A DNA stretch of 34,756 nucleotides, taken from an uncultured Candidatus Saccharibacteria bacterium. Its GTDB lineage: Bacteria; Patescibacteriota; Minisyncoccia; Phycocordibacterales; XYD1-FULL-46-19. The notes beneath the pieces were generated by a model. The model made no database searches, was not told the origin of the DNA, and saw only the letters and a program-made list of their open reading frames with translations. The stretch covers positions 1-34,756 of the forward strand of contig CAYVQX010000002.1 of the NCBI GenBank assembly GCA_964453715.1, given 5' to 3'. Shown here piece by piece: positions 14,976-22,801 of this stretch (positions are counted from its first letter, which is position 1; each line of letters starts with the position of its first letter). Both the position numbers and the translations under genes were made by a program.

Positions 14976-16076
14976 ATGAAAATTACTAAAAACCAACTTA
15001 TTGCTGTCGTAATTGTTTTAATAGTAATTTTAGGTGGTTATTGGTTTTTAAGTCGCTCTAATCAAACCACAAACACAGTTCAAACGGCTCCATCTCCTGT
15101 TAATTCATTTTTTCCGACCACTGCAATTAAAAATATTGTTACCACAATTAGTAGTGTAATAACCTCAACCTCTACTAACAACCCTGGAGGAGATCCATCT
15201 TTTGATCAATCGCCAAAAAAAGATTTTGATATTTTAAAGGCTCACAAAATAGCTGACGGCCCTATTGATGATTTTATCTTTACCAATACCACCGGCTCTA
15301 CAACTATCGCTTATATTAATAAAAAATCTGGCTCAATAAATTTTTTACCAGCAGGCGCTTCTAGCACTAAGTTGTCTATATTAACTAGCACTAGTACTAA
15401 TATTTACTCTCCAGATGGTAAACAATTATTGACTATTAAAAACACTAGTGATGGTCTAATAGGGGAGGTAACTAATCTAAAAACTAAATTAACCACCAAA
15501 GTTACCTTATCTCCACTCACTGATTGGTTAGTTGCTTGGCCAGAATTAAATAACTTAAGTCTCCAAAGTAAACCATCTTCTGGGGTTAGTGGTTTTACTT
15601 TTACCTTCAACTTAAAAAATAAATCCACCTCTAAAGTTTTAGGACCACTTAATGGACTAAACAGCCTAATTAGCCCTGATGCTTCTAAAATTATTTACTC
15701 CACTAATGAAAATGGGCAAATTAATACTGGGTTAGCAATTATTAGTAAAAATACTAATGTCTTAGGGATAAAAACATTAGTAGATAAGTGTATTTGGAAA
15801 GATAAAAAATACGTTATTTGTGCTGTTACCAATAAATACCAAACAGCTAATTACCCTGACGCTTGGTACCAAGGATTAACCTTCTTCAATGATGATATTT
15901 GGCTCATAAACACAGATAACCTAGAGTCTTATTTAATCAGTATTTTTGGACAGCCCTTAGCTAGTGATCCAGTTGACGCAATAAATCTAAAAATTAGCCC
16001 GGATGGTAAAACTCTTTATTTTATAAACAAAAGAGATAGTAGCTTATGGAGTTTTGATATCAGACACGCCTTTTAA
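14976..16076 (+). CDS. Membrane-anchored protein with PD40/TolB-like beta-propeller repeats, 366 aa, last gene of the operon
   Basis: N-terminal TM LIAVVIVLIVILGGYWFL. Three SPDG-type motifs (SPDGKQLLT, SPDASKIIYS, SPDGKTLYF) are spaced ~90-105 aa apart. Confidence 0.55.
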   Translation: MKITKNQLIAVVIVLIVILGGYWFLSRSNQTTNTVQTAPSPVNSFFPTTAIKNIVTTISSVITSTSTNNPGGDPSFDQSPKKDFDILKAHKIADGPIDDFIFTNTTGSTTIAYINKKSGSINFLPAGASSTKLSILTSTSTNIYSPDGKQLLTIKNTSDGLIGEVTNLKTKLTTKVTLSPLTDWLVAWPELNNLSLQSKPSSGVSGFTFTFNLKNKSTSKVLGPLNGLNSLISPDASKIIYSTNENGQINTGLAIISKNTNVLGIKTLVDKCIWKDKKYVICAVTNKYQTANYPDAWYQGLTFFNDDIWLINTDNLESYLISIFGQPLASDPVDAINLKISPDGKTLYFINKRDSSLWSFDIRHAF

Positions 16077-16793
16077 TTCTAATGCTCTCCGTTTAACAAT
16101 AAGTTCGTGACCAATAGTAAACAAGTTACTAGTAATCCAATAAAGAGATAGGGCGGATGGTAGGGCAGAGGCAACAAACACAATCATTAATGGCATCACA
16201 TAACGCATTTGCATATTCATACTTCTATTTAAATCATCTTTAAATGACGGCACATCGTCAGTATTACGAGGTGGGAGAGGCGGTACAGCTAACTTCATTT
16301 GTAAAAATTGACTAAACCCAACCAATAAAGCTAGGGGTAAACTTTTTTTAGTCACATCCAATAAACCAAGGAAGAGGTGCTGGATTGATTCTGGGGCAGG
16401 AATAAAGCCATATAAAACATCTGGGTTTATTTGAATACTACCTCTAAAAACATAGAAGAGTGATAAAATTATTGGCAATTGAATTAAAACTACTACAAAG
16501 CTAGTAAGTGGATTAATACCATTTTCCCGATAAAGAGCGAGGACTTTTTTGGTTTGTGTCTCTTTATCATCTTTATGTAGCTCTTTAATTTTATTTAACT
16601 CAACTTCTATACCCTTCATCTTCTTTTGGGTAGTTAGAGATTTATGATAAAGAGGGTAGAGAAGTAGTCTAACAATAATAGTTAATAAAATTATCGCTAG
16701 CCCCAGATCTTGATGGGGTAAATTAACCGCCAAAAAAACTAAAGCGTTATAAAGTGGTTGATAAAAAATAGCCTTTAAAATACCAAGTATCAT
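16044..16793 (-). CDS. yidC: Membrane protein insertase YidC (short form, 249 aa)
   Basis: GLAIILLTIIVRLLLYPL...KMK...GINPLTSF..LIQLPIILSLF...MRYVMPLMIVF...LSLYWITSNLFTI. Conserved rpmH-rnpA-yidC order. Confidence 0.88.
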   Translation of the reverse strand: MILGILKAIFYQPLYNALVFLAVNLPHQDLGLAIILLTIIVRLLLYPLYHKSLTTQKKMKGIEVELNKIKELHKDDKETQTKKVLALYRENGINPLTSFVVVLIQLPIILSLFYVFRGSIQINPDVLYGFIPAPESIQHLFLGLLDVTKKSLPLALLVGFSQFLQMKLAVPPLPPRNTDDVPSFKDDLNRSMNMQMRYVMPLMIVFVASALPSALSLYWITSNLFTIGHELIVKRRALELKGVSDIKTP

Positions 16794-16798
16794 ACTAT

Positions 16799-17107
16799 TT
16801 ATTTAATTAATTGATTTAAATCTTCCTTTAAAGCCTTTAAAGTTGGGTTAGGTGGTGTTTTAACCCTTAATCCAATCAATAAGGCTTGGTTAGATTCTAA
16901 CACCCCCTTAAACATACCCAGAAGGCTTCTAACGCGCCGTTTAATCAAATTACGGTCGGCGGCCTTAGGAACCATTTTTTTGCTTATTTGGAAGTAAATT
17001 TTAGGGTCTGTAGCCTTAGATTTAAGGACTAAAGACACATAAAGATAACGGCCAGAAAACCGTTTTAAGACCTTTTTAGGCTTATTACGCCCCTGTGGGG
17101 GCAACAT
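16799..17107 (-). CDS. rnpA: RNase P protein component
   Basis: 102 aa, basic. KAADRNLIKRRVR matches the RNR motif region. Located 2 nt downstream of rpmH. Confidence 0.75.
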   Translation of the reverse strand: MLPPQGRNKPKKVLKRFSGRYLYVSLVLKSKATDPKIYFQISKKMVPKAADRNLIKRRVRSLLGMFKGVLESNQALLIGLRVKTPPNPTLKALKEDLNQLIK

Positions 17108-17109
17108 AG

Positions 17110-17244
17110 TTAAACAGCCAACTTAGCGCGCCCTTTTTGGCGACGCCGTTTTAGGACCCTTTGGCCGTTTTTACTCTTAGAACGGACCAAGAAACCGTGG
17201 GTTTTGGCGCGTTTACGCTTTTTAGGCTGGTAGGTTACAGACAT
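17110..17244 (-). CDS. rpmH: 50S ribosomal protein L34 (44 aa; absent from the supplied ORF track)
   Basis: Hand translation of the minus strand gives [44 protein letters not shown], the classical L34 sequence. ATG at 17244-17242, TAA at 17112-17110. Confidence 0.93.
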   Translation of the reverse strand: MSVTYQPKKRKRAKTHGFLVRSKSKNGQRVLKRRRQKGRAKLAV

Positions 17245-17251
17245 TGAGATG

Positions 17252-17279
17252 ATTATAGCCTTTATTGTAAAAACTGCAA
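17252..17279 (-). promoter_or_regulatory. rpmH promoter candidate: TTGCAG - 16 nt - TATAAT - 7 nt - ATG (leaderless)
   Basis: The minus strand reads TTGCAGtttttacaataaaggc TATAAT catctca ATG. Confidence 0.5.
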
Positions 17280-17334
17280 GTATTTAGTATTAATTGACAA
17301 GGTAATCCACTAGTTGTTCACAGTGTATAAAGGT

Positions 17335-17363
17335 TTGATAACCTACCCCCTAAAGCCTATAAT
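17335..17363 (+). promoter_or_regulatory. dnaA promoter candidate: TTGATA - 17 nt - TATAAT - 7 nt - ATG (leaderless)
   Basis: TTGATA at 17335-17340, TATAAT at 17358-17363, ATG at 17371. The promoter lies inside the ORF-track N-terminal extension, which argues for the 17371 start. Confidence 0.6.
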
Positions 17364-17370
17364 GAGGCCC

Positions 17371-18726
17371 ATGTTTGATACCAAACAACTTTGGGATAAG
17401 GTTTTGGCCGACGTTGAATTAACCATCTCTAAAGCTAATTTTGGTACTTGGTTTAGAAACACCTTCATTGCTAAACATGACGATGGGATCATTTATGTTA
17501 GTGTCCCTAACACCTTTGTTAGAGATTGGTTAGCTAATAAATACCATAAATTAATCCTTAAATCCTTACGGGAGGCTAATAATGAGATCCGAGGTGTTGA
17601 TTACACTATTACTAAGATTGATGCCACCCCAAAACCCCAAATAATTAAGAGTCCATCTTTAGATCTTAATACTTTAGGTTTAAATGATTTTTATATTAAT
17701 CGTGATAGTAATTTAAACCCTAAATACTCTTTAGATAATTTTATTGTTGGGACCTTTAATGAGGTGGCTTACGCCGCTTCACAAGCAGTAATTAAGAATC
17801 CAGGAATGACTTATAACCCTCTATTCATTTATGGCCCAACAGGTTTAGGTAAAACTCACTTAATCCAAGGTACAGGTAATGCTATTAAAAAGAATTTTGA
17901 GTCGAAGAAGATTTATTATGTCACTTCAGAAAATTTTGGTTTAGATTTTGTTAGTTCTCTCCATAACAATAAAATTAATCAATTTAAAGAAAAATATCGT
18001 AAATATGACATTTTAATAATGGACGATGTCCAATTCTTCTCTCGAAGGGAAAAATCTCAAGAAGAATTATTCCATTTATTTAATCATTTTTATGAGAATA
18101 ATAAGCAAATTATTTTCTCTTCAGATAAACCACCTAAGTATATCCCTGACATTGAGGACCGAGTTAGATCTAGGTTGGAGGGGGGAATGATTGCTGATAT
18201 CTCTAAACCAGATTATGAGTCTCGTTTAGCTATTTTACAGTCAAAAATAAAGGATTTAGAGTTTGAAATTAGTAACGAAATTATTGAGTATTTAGCCTCT
18301 ATTGTTCAAGATAGTATTAGAGAGTTAGAAGGCTCATTAAATTCAGTGGTTTGCCATATCCAACTTAAAAAACGGGGGATTAGTTTAGTGGAAGCTAAAA
18401 ATTTAGTTAAAAACAACCTAAAACCACAAAAATCAGTTTCTATTAAAGATGTCCTAAAAATTGTAGCTGAATTCTATAATATTGAAGAAAAATCACTTTA
18501 TGAGAAAACTAGGCGTAAAGAGGTTGTTAAACCTCGCCAAGTAGTCATGTACTTATTACGGGAAGATTTTAACACTTCTTATCCTTATATTGGCCAAAAA
18601 TTAGGTGGTCGTGACCACACTACAGTTATTCATGCTTATGAAAAAATTAAAAACGATATAAAAGTTGATCAATTACTTAATCAAGATGTGAATAAGATTA
18701 GAGAATTACTGTATAACTCTCAATAA
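17371..18726 (+). CDS. dnaA: Chromosomal replication initiator DnaA
   Basis: MFDTKQLWDKVL start, Walker A GPTGLGKTHL, IMDDVQF (Walker B), C-terminal DNA-binding signature GGRDHTTVIHAYEKI. The TTG at 17314 in the ORF track is rejected as the start. Confidence 0.95.
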   Translation: MFDTKQLWDKVLADVELTISKANFGTWFRNTFIAKHDDGIIYVSVPNTFVRDWLANKYHKLILKSLREANNEIRGVDYTITKIDATPKPQIIKSPSLDLNTLGLNDFYINRDSNLNPKYSLDNFIVGTFNEVAYAASQAVIKNPGMTYNPLFIYGPTGLGKTHLIQGTGNAIKKNFESKKIYYVTSENFGLDFVSSLHNNKINQFKEKYRKYDILIMDDVQFFSRREKSQEELFHLFNHFYENNKQIIFSSDKPPKYIPDIEDRVRSRLEGGMIADISKPDYESRLAILQSKIKDLEFEISNEIIEYLASIVQDSIRELEGSLNSVVCHIQLKKRGISLVEAKNLVKNNLKPQKSVSIKDVLKIVAEFYNIEEKSLYEKTRRKEVVKPRQVVMYLLREDFNTSYPYIGQKLGGRDHTTVIHAYEKIKNDIKVDQLLNQDVNKIRELLYNSQ

Positions 18727-18906
18727 ATAGTGGATAAAAATAAAAAATATTTTATGAACTACTACTTATTAACAAATAAAATTATAAATATCCCCAATTT
18801 AAATTTTAAAAAATCTTTTAATTATAAAGATATTATTAACTTATCCAGTTAATCACATACTATTATTCTTATTATTCTCTATTTATAAATAAATAATATA
18901 TACCTT
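18727..18906. other. Candidate oriC / DNA-unwinding region between dnaA and dnaN
   Basis: 180 nt with 26 G+C by hand count (~14%). DnaA-box-like AGTGGATAA at 18729-18737 (8/9) and TTATCCAGT at 18841-18849 (7/9). Tandem 9-mer TATTATTCT x2 at 18861-18878. Classical rpmH|dnaA-dnaN context. Confidence 0.5.
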
Positions 18907-20010
18907 ATGAAAATAGAATGTTTAATAAATAAAATAAAACCATTAGTGATTGCTGCAGAGAAGGTGACTGCTAAAAATCATTCATTACCAGTTTTAAGTT
19001 TAATTGTTTTAGAAGCTTCTAATAATAACTTAAAAATTAAATCAACTAACCTAGAGGTTGGTTTAGAAGCTTTTTTACCAGTAAAAGTTATATCTCCTGG
19101 TCATTTAGCTGTTAATGCACAAGTTTTTAGTCAATTCCTTAATTTAAGTACTAAAAATGATGATAAATTAGAAATGGAATTAGTTGATAATAATTTAATT
19201 CTAAAAACTAGCCAATCAACTTCAACGTTAAAAACTTACCCTATAGATGATTTCCCAATCATTCCTAAAATAAAAAATGAGGAAGATTTAATTATTCCAC
19301 TAATAGATTTTATTACTGGGGTTAAATCGGTTATTTATGCTTCAGCTACCTCTGATATAAAACCAGAGATAGCTAGCGTTTTTATTTATCAAAAACAAGA
19401 TTATTTAGTTTTTGTGTCAACTGATTCATTTAGGTTGGCTGAAAAGAGTATTAAATATAGCTCTAATATATCTTTTCCTTCTTTAATTATCCCAATTAAA
19501 AATATCTCAGAGATATTAAGAGTTCTTGAAGATGAGAGTGGTGAATTAAAGATAAAAGCATCTGAAAATCAAATATCATTTTTAACTAATAACTTCCACC
19601 TCACTTCTAGGGTTATTAATAGTAACTTCCCTGATTATCAACAAATTATACCTAAAGACTTTAAAACAGAAATTGAGTTAGTTAAAGATGATTTTATTAA
19701 TAGTTTAAAATTATCTAATATTTTTAGCGATAAATTTAATCAAATTACCATTAAAACCACGGAATCACGAGATGGTTGTGAAATATACTCACATAATCAA
19801 GAGGTAGGGGATAATAAAACAATAATAAAAGCGGTTATTATAGGTAATGATATATCAGTAAACTTTAATTCTCGTTTTATCACTGATTCTTTAGGGTGTT
19901 TTACTGATAATAAGGTAAAACTATGTTTTAGTGATAAAAATCGCGCTACGCTTATTTTAGGCCTTAATAATAGTAGTTTTAAATACTTAGTAATGCCTGT
20001 TAATAGGTAA
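18907..20010 (+). CDS. dnaN: DNA polymerase III beta sliding clamp
   Basis: 367 aa, directly downstream of dnaA, with a three-domain-compatible length. The N-terminus (MKIECLINKIKPLVIAAEKV) and C-terminus (YLVMPVNR) fit the DnaN pattern (..MP.r). Confidence 0.85.
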   Translation: MKIECLINKIKPLVIAAEKVTAKNHSLPVLSLIVLEASNNNLKIKSTNLEVGLEAFLPVKVISPGHLAVNAQVFSQFLNLSTKNDDKLEMELVDNNLILKTSQSTSTLKTYPIDDFPIIPKIKNEEDLIIPLIDFITGVKSVIYASATSDIKPEIASVFIYQKQDYLVFVSTDSFRLAEKSIKYSSNISFPSLIIPIKNISEILRVLEDESGELKIKASENQISFLTNNFHLTSRVINSNFPDYQQIIPKDFKTEIELVKDDFINSLKLSNIFSDKFNQITIKTTESRDGCEIYSHNQEVGDNKTIIKAVIIGNDISVNFNSRFITDSLGCFTDNKVKLCFSDKNRATLILGLNNSSFKYLVMPVNR

Positions 20011-20012
20011 TA

Positions 20013-20261
20013 ATGAAAAAAATAAGTGATTTTATAAAAGTTGATCAGTTATCTAAAAATTCTTTTTTTGAACTTGGTATTAAAGATAAGTTTAAAGAAT
20101 TAATTAATAGTGAGTATAAAATAAATTTAAATACTTCTGATATAAAAATTAAAGATAAGGTAATTTTAATTAAAGGTAATAGTAAATTAAAGACAAGAAT
20201 TTTATTAAATAAAAATAATATTCTAATTAAACTTAATGGTTTAATTAGAGATATTAAATAG
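20013..20261 (+). CDS. DUF721/DciA-like small protein, 82 aa (tentative)
   Basis: Position right after dnaN. The pattern ...FKELI...IKIKDKVILIKGNSKLKTRILLNKNNILIKLN resembles the DUF721 core (strand, strand, helix, ...il..ln). The 3' end overlaps the PBP gene by 21 nt. Confidence 0.4.
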   Translation: MKKISDFIKVDQLSKNSFFELGIKDKFKELINSEYKINLNTSDIKIKDKVILIKGNSKLKTRILLNKNNILIKLNGLIRDIK

Positions 20262-22727
20262 TTTTACCGTTTGATCACTATTATTTTTAATAGTATCTGA
20301 AATAACTACTCTAAAATCATTTTCACCAGGATTTATTGAATCTACAGGTAAATCTAAATTAATACTTGATGGTAAATTATTTAAACTTTTTATTAAGGTA
20401 TTATTTAAGTAAAAATCAGCCTTAGTAATAGGATTAACTGCTTTAGTTAAACTAAAACTTGCAGTTATTGGTTTTGTTAGGTCTAAAGTTTGTCCATCAG
20501 TAGGGTTAATAATTTTAAATTCTGGAGCTAAGCCAGGTAAGTGGATATTATCTGTTTCTTTAGGAATAATATCTGTAGTCTCGTTTTTGATATTATTATT
20601 GGCGGCCCACTGTAAAACTGGACCTTCCCATAATTTAAATTGAGGATCTGAACTTGGGTTTATTGGTACTGGACCAGTCGGGTTATTTTTGTTAATCCAG
20701 TATAAAATTGAGTGAACTTGCGTTACTACATGTTCCTCTTTTGTCTCATTAGGAGTGTAATCAGTTGCTAATTTTTTACTAATTGTGTCTATAAAGTAAT
20801 TTTGATTTCCCCTCCAAAAACCTCTTAAAACTGGTTTTAAATTAGGGTCGACTGGTGTTGGTTGGGGGAATGATTCTATTGGAGCATCTTTTAAATATTC
20901 CTTCATAAAAGCATTCCACATTGGGACGATAATAAATCCAGCAATTTGTTTATCCATTGGACTGTTGTCGTTATTTCCAGCCCAAGCGCCAACGGTAATA
21001 CTTGGTGTGTAACCCATTACCCAAGCGTCACGATAATCATTAGTAGTACCAGTTTTATCTGCTACATCTCTACCAGGGAAGTAAAGTGGAGAATTTAATC
21101 CAAAAGCTGGCGCCCTGGCATTATTATCACTTAAAACACTAGTGACCAAACGAGCAATATTACTATCTATTACAGGTTGAGGGTTAGCCTTCCATTCCTC
21201 TAAGGTTTGACCTTTAGAATCTTCAATCTTTAAAATACTACCGATATCATTTTTAACTCCATCATTAGCAAAAACAGAGTAAGCCCCAGTTAATTCTAAT
21301 GGCGTAACCTCACCACCACCTAATACTAAGGTTAACCCATAACGATTTTTATCAGTTAGAGTGGTAATACCAAAACGTTTAGCATTACTTAAAACATCAT
21401 TCAATCCGGCTAAGTATAAAATTTTAACAGCTGGGACGTTTCTAGATTGAGCTAAGGCGTTACGTAAACTAATTGGGCCTAAATATTTTCCGTCATAGTT
21501 TTCTGGTGTATAGCAATCTGGAGGACAATTGGTTGAGAATTGGGTTGGAACGTCAAAAAGGACAGTGTCAGGGGTGTATCCTTTTTGGAAGGCAGTAGCA
21601 TAAACAAATGGTTTAAAAGCAGAACCAGGCTGTCTTTTAGCTAGGGTAATATTAAAATTACCTTCATGATCTGTATCAAAATAATCTTTTGATCCAACCA
21701 TCACTAATATTTGGCCAGTTTTTGGATCAATTGCCACCATACCGGCATTTTTTGCATTATAGTTTTTAGCATTACTCTCAGCGTAAGTTTTTACAATTTC
21801 TTGAGCTTTTTCTTGTAATTTCCAATCTAAACTAGTTATAACTTTAAAACCTTGGGTCTCTACTGCCTCACGGCCATATTTGTTCTCTAAATATTGCAAG
21901 ACATAAAAAACAAAATGAGGCGCTTTGATACCGCTCTCGTCTAAAGGTTTAAACTCAACTTTCTCGGCTTTGGCTGAAGCTTCTTGATTGGCTGTAATAA
22001 AACCAAGTTCACGCATTCTTTTTAAAACTAGATTTTTACGATCATCTAATTTATCTTTATGGCTACCGTAAGGGGAATAGTAAGTTGGCGCTTGTGGTAA
22101 TGCAGCTAAATAAGCTGCTTCCGCCAAAGTTAGATCAGAAGCCTTTTTATTAAAAAAGGTTTGGGCGGCCTCTTGAATACCGTAAATACTTCCACCATAA
22201 GGTGTTTCATTTAAATAAAGAGCTAAGATGTCATCTTTCTTCATTGCTCGCTCTAATTTAATTGCCAACACCCACTCCTTAATCTTACGAGAAATAGTTT
22301 TATCCTTTGTAAGAAGTGTGTTTTTGATTACTTGTTGAGTGATAGTTGACCCACCTTGCTGTAATTCTCCAGTAATAATATTTATTAAAACTGCCCTTAA
22401 TGTGGCCAATGGCTCTACTCCATGATGTTGATAAAAGTTGGCATCTTCAATAGCAATAGACGCTTTTTTAGCATAATCAGAAATTTCATTTAAAGACACT
22501 ATAGTCCTTCTAACCTCACCGTGGACATCATAAAGTAAAACCTCACCAGTCCGATCGTAAATTTTAGTTGACTCGCTAATTGATTGCTCTTTAAAAAATG
22601 AGTCAAAATCAGGGATGTTTATAGTTGCCGCCCAAATAATTGAGAGACCAACAAAAAGGAAGCCAAGACCCCCTAAGATAAGGGTAGTTTTAATTAAGAA
22701 TAGGCGCCAAGGGCCGTTTTTACGCAT
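20241..22727 (-). CDS. Class A penicillin-binding protein (glycosyltransferase GT51 + transpeptidase) with a C-terminal extension, 828 aa
   Basis: N-terminal TM. GT51 motifs EDANFYQHHG, GGSTITQQ and RKIKE. Transpeptidase motifs SAFKP (SxxK), SRN (SxN) and KTGTT (KTG). Confidence 0.92.
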   Translation of the reverse strand: MRKNGPWRLFLIKTTLILGGLGFLFVGLSIIWAATINIPDFDSFFKEQSISESTKIYDRTGEVLLYDVHGEVRRTIVSLNEISDYAKKASIAIEDANFYQHHGVEPLATLRAVLINIITGELQQGGSTITQQVIKNTLLTKDKTISRKIKEWVLAIKLERAMKKDDILALYLNETPYGGSIYGIQEAAQTFFNKKASDLTLAEAAYLAALPQAPTYYSPYGSHKDKLDDRKNLVLKRMRELGFITANQEASAKAEKVEFKPLDESGIKAPHFVFYVLQYLENKYGREAVETQGFKVITSLDWKLQEKAQEIVKTYAESNAKNYNAKNAGMVAIDPKTGQILVMVGSKDYFDTDHEGNFNITLAKRQPGSAFKPFVYATAFQKGYTPDTVLFDVPTQFSTNCPPDCYTPENYDGKYLGPISLRNALAQSRNVPAVKILYLAGLNDVLSNAKRFGITTLTDKNRYGLTLVLGGGEVTPLELTGAYSVFANDGVKNDIGSILKIEDSKGQTLEEWKANPQPVIDSNIARLVTSVLSDNNARAPAFGLNSPLYFPGRDVADKTGTTNDYRDAWVMGYTPSITVGAWAGNNDNSPMDKQIAGFIIVPMWNAFMKEYLKDAPIESFPQPTPVDPNLKPVLRGFWRGNQNYFIDTISKKLATDYTPNETKEEHVVTQVHSILYWINKNNPTGPVPINPSSDPQFKLWEGPVLQWAANNNIKNETTDIIPKETDNIHLPGLAPEFKIINPTDGQTLDLTKPITASFSLTKAVNPITKADFYLNNTLIKSLNNLPSSINLDLPVDSINPGENDFRVVISDTIKNNSDQTVKLFNISN

Positions 22728-22738
22728 TAATGACCAAT

Positions 22739-22747
22739 ATTATATCA
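22739..22747 (-). promoter_or_regulatory. Extended -10 TGa-TATAAT (minus strand), 11 nt upstream of the PBP ATG
   Basis: The minus strand reads gaTGaTATAATattggtcattaATG. Confidence 0.5.
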
Positions 22748-22801
22748 TCTAGCTTACTTGGCAACTATGTGGTAAATTGCCGTTATCAACACTTTTATTT
22801 T

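Noticed and set aside
1859-15628. Short antisense or alternate-frame ORFs in the track: 1859-2143, 2326-2565, 2889-3074, 4095-4394, 4384-4641, 5152-5367, 6055-6252, 6307-6531, 7724-7966, 8957-9286, 10379-10714, 11922-12233, 13485-13697 and 15404-15628. Later ones are 23305-23517, 25038-25247, 28053-28274, 29925-30152, 30207-30407, 31228-31623, 31734-31925 and 31935-32129.
   Set aside because: All are embedded in longer ORFs that carry clear family motifs or operon context. None has recognisable motifs or start signals.
3164-16076. Interpretation of the T4SS-like cluster as an integrated conjugative element or prophage.
   Set aside because: There is no integrase, relaxase, coupling protein, replication or partition gene, capsid or terminase gene. 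There is no flanking tRNA or direct repeat. Composition and promoter style match the surrounding native genes.
17294-17331. Perfect TTGACA at 17294-17299 as the dnaA -35.
   Set aside because: The nearest -10-like hexamer (TATAAA at 17326-17331) is 26 nt away, which is too far. The TTGATA/TATAAT pair further downstream has correct 17-nt spacing.
17314-17370. TTG-initiated N-terminal extension of dnaA given in the ORF track.
   Set aside because: A TTGATA - 17 nt - TATAAT promoter lies inside the extension and ends 7 nt before ATG 17371. MFDTKQLW is a typical DnaA N-terminus.
22730-22801. 24-codon N-terminal extension of tyrS starting 3 nt from the divergent PBP start.
   Set aside because: It would leave no promoter space for either gene. 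The extension (MTNIISSSLLGNYVVNCRYQHFYF) has no TyrS similarity. MSNILTRG at 22802 fits the family.
22728-22801. T-box leader upstream of tyrS.
   Set aside because: Only 74 nt are available between the divergent starts. There is no specifier or T-box sequence, and no terminator/antiterminator pair.
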